Origin: Macrostomum hystrix
Taxonomy: Eukaryota > Animalia > Platyhelminthes
NCBI GenBank assembly: GCA_950097015.1
Contig: CATNEN010000024.1
Span: 4,588,001 to 4,652,000 of the forward strand
Direction of reading: 5' to 3'
DNA: 64,000 nucleotides
Part shown: piece by piece, positions 62,747-64,000 of the stretch
How positions within the stretch are numbered: the stretch's first letter is position 1
Layout of the letters: each line of letters starts with the position of its first letter
The notes under the pieces: generated by a model
Databases searched by the model: none
Seen by the model: only the letters and a program-made list of their open reading frames with translations
Told to the model about the DNA's origin: nothing
Position numbers and translations under genes: made by a program

Positions 62747-64000
62747 TTGATAAGGATTCTGATACAGGCATTGATAAGGGTTCTGATACAGGCATTGATA
62801 AGGATTCTGATACAGGCATTGATAAGGATTCTGATACAGGCATTGATAAGGGTTCTGATACAGGCATTGATAAGGATTCTGATACAGGCATTGATAAGGA
62901 TTCTGATACAGGCATTGATAAGGATTCTGATACAGGCATTGATAAGGGTTCTGATACAGGCATTGATAAGGATTCTGATACAGGCATTGATAAGGATTCT
63001 GATACAGGCATTGATAAGGATTCTGATACAGGCATTGATAAGGGTTCTGATACAGGCATTGATAAGGATTCTGATACAGGCATTGATAAGGATTCTGATA
63101 CAGGCATTGATAAGGATTCTGATACAGGCATTGATAAGGATTCTGATACAGGCATTGATAAGGATTCTGATACAGGCATTGATAAGGATTCTGATACAGG
63201 CATTGATAAGGATTCTGATACAGGCATTGATAAGGATTCTGATACAGGCATTGATAAGGATTCTGAGACAGGCATTGATAAGGGTTCTGATACAGGCATT
63301 GATAAGGATTCTGATACAGGCATTGATAAGGATTCTGATGCAGGCATTGATAAGGATTCTGATACAGGCATTGATAAGGATTCTGATACAGGCATTGATA
63401 AGGATTCTGATACAGGCATTGATAAGGATTCTGATACAGGCATTGATAAGGATTCTGATACAGGCATTGATAAGGATTCTGATACAGGCATTGATAAGGA
63501 TTCTGATACAGGCATTGATAAGGATTCTGATACAGGCATTGATAAGGATTCTGATCTTTCCTGTTAATTAGGAAATTAACAGGCATTGATAAGGATTCTG
63601 ATACAGGCATTGATAAGGATTCTGATACAGGCATTGATAAGGATTCTGATACAGGCATTGATAAGGATTCTGATACAGGCATTGATAAGGGTTCTGATAC
63701 AGGCATTGATAAGGGTTCTGATACAGGCATTGATAAAGATTCTGATACAGGCATTGATAAGGATTCTGATACAGGCATTGATAAGGATTCTGATACAGGC
63801 ATTGATAAGGATTCTGATACAGGCATTGATAAGGATTCTGATACAGGCATTGATAAGGATTCTGATACAGGCCTTGATAAGGATTCTGATACAGGCCTTG
63901 ATAAGGATTCTGATACAGGCATTGATAAGGATTCTGATACAGGCATTGATAAGGATTCTGATACAGGCATTGATAAGGATTCTGATACAGGCATTGATAA
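62747..64000. repeat. 24-bp minisatellite (gatacaggcattgataaggattct), runs off the window end
   Basis: About 50 copies with one interruption at about 63553-63580. Confidence 0.96.

Noticed and set aside
62579-63994. DTGIDKDS, MPVSESLS and YQNPYQCL repeat ORFs
   Set aside because: A 24-bp array open in four frames; no splice or start context supports coding.

Overview
Eukaryotic (metazoan) genomic DNA with spliceosomal GT-AG introns and very high minisatellite content. Gene style and repeat load suggest a flatworm such as Macrostomum (inference, not verified). Minus strand: (1) a complete 5-exon ZEB/Zfh1 zinc-finger homeodomain gene (7786..2610, 837 aa as spliced here); (2) a multi-exon coiled-coil protein with a degenerate CAP-Gly-like domain (about 39886..31713); (3) the 3' part of an E-protein (daughterless/TCF3-4-12 family) bHLH gene (62023..about 53925). 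Plus strand: a frameshifted gene for a secreted protein built from two copies of a domain I do not recognise (46344..47856), and a Crypton-type tyrosine-recombinase fragment (40482..40844). The rest holds two tRNA-derived SINE families, a hAT-type MITE family (two intact copies with 8-bp TSDs) and about 25 tandem arrays; most long ORFs in the supplied track are translations of these arrays. Top observations: (a) the E-protein gene has two tandem 146-nt, same-phase HLH exons that must be mutually exclusive, an apparently convergent equivalent of vertebrate E12/E47; (b) two tandem minimal type-I hammerhead ribozyme motifs 721 bp apart in CT-rich DNA (retrozyme-like), each followed 40-41 nt later by a conserved anti-core sequence; (c) the two-repeat secreted protein; (d) a MITE that carries and seeds a 16-bp minisatellite. 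All gene models were spliced by hand and need RNA confirmation.
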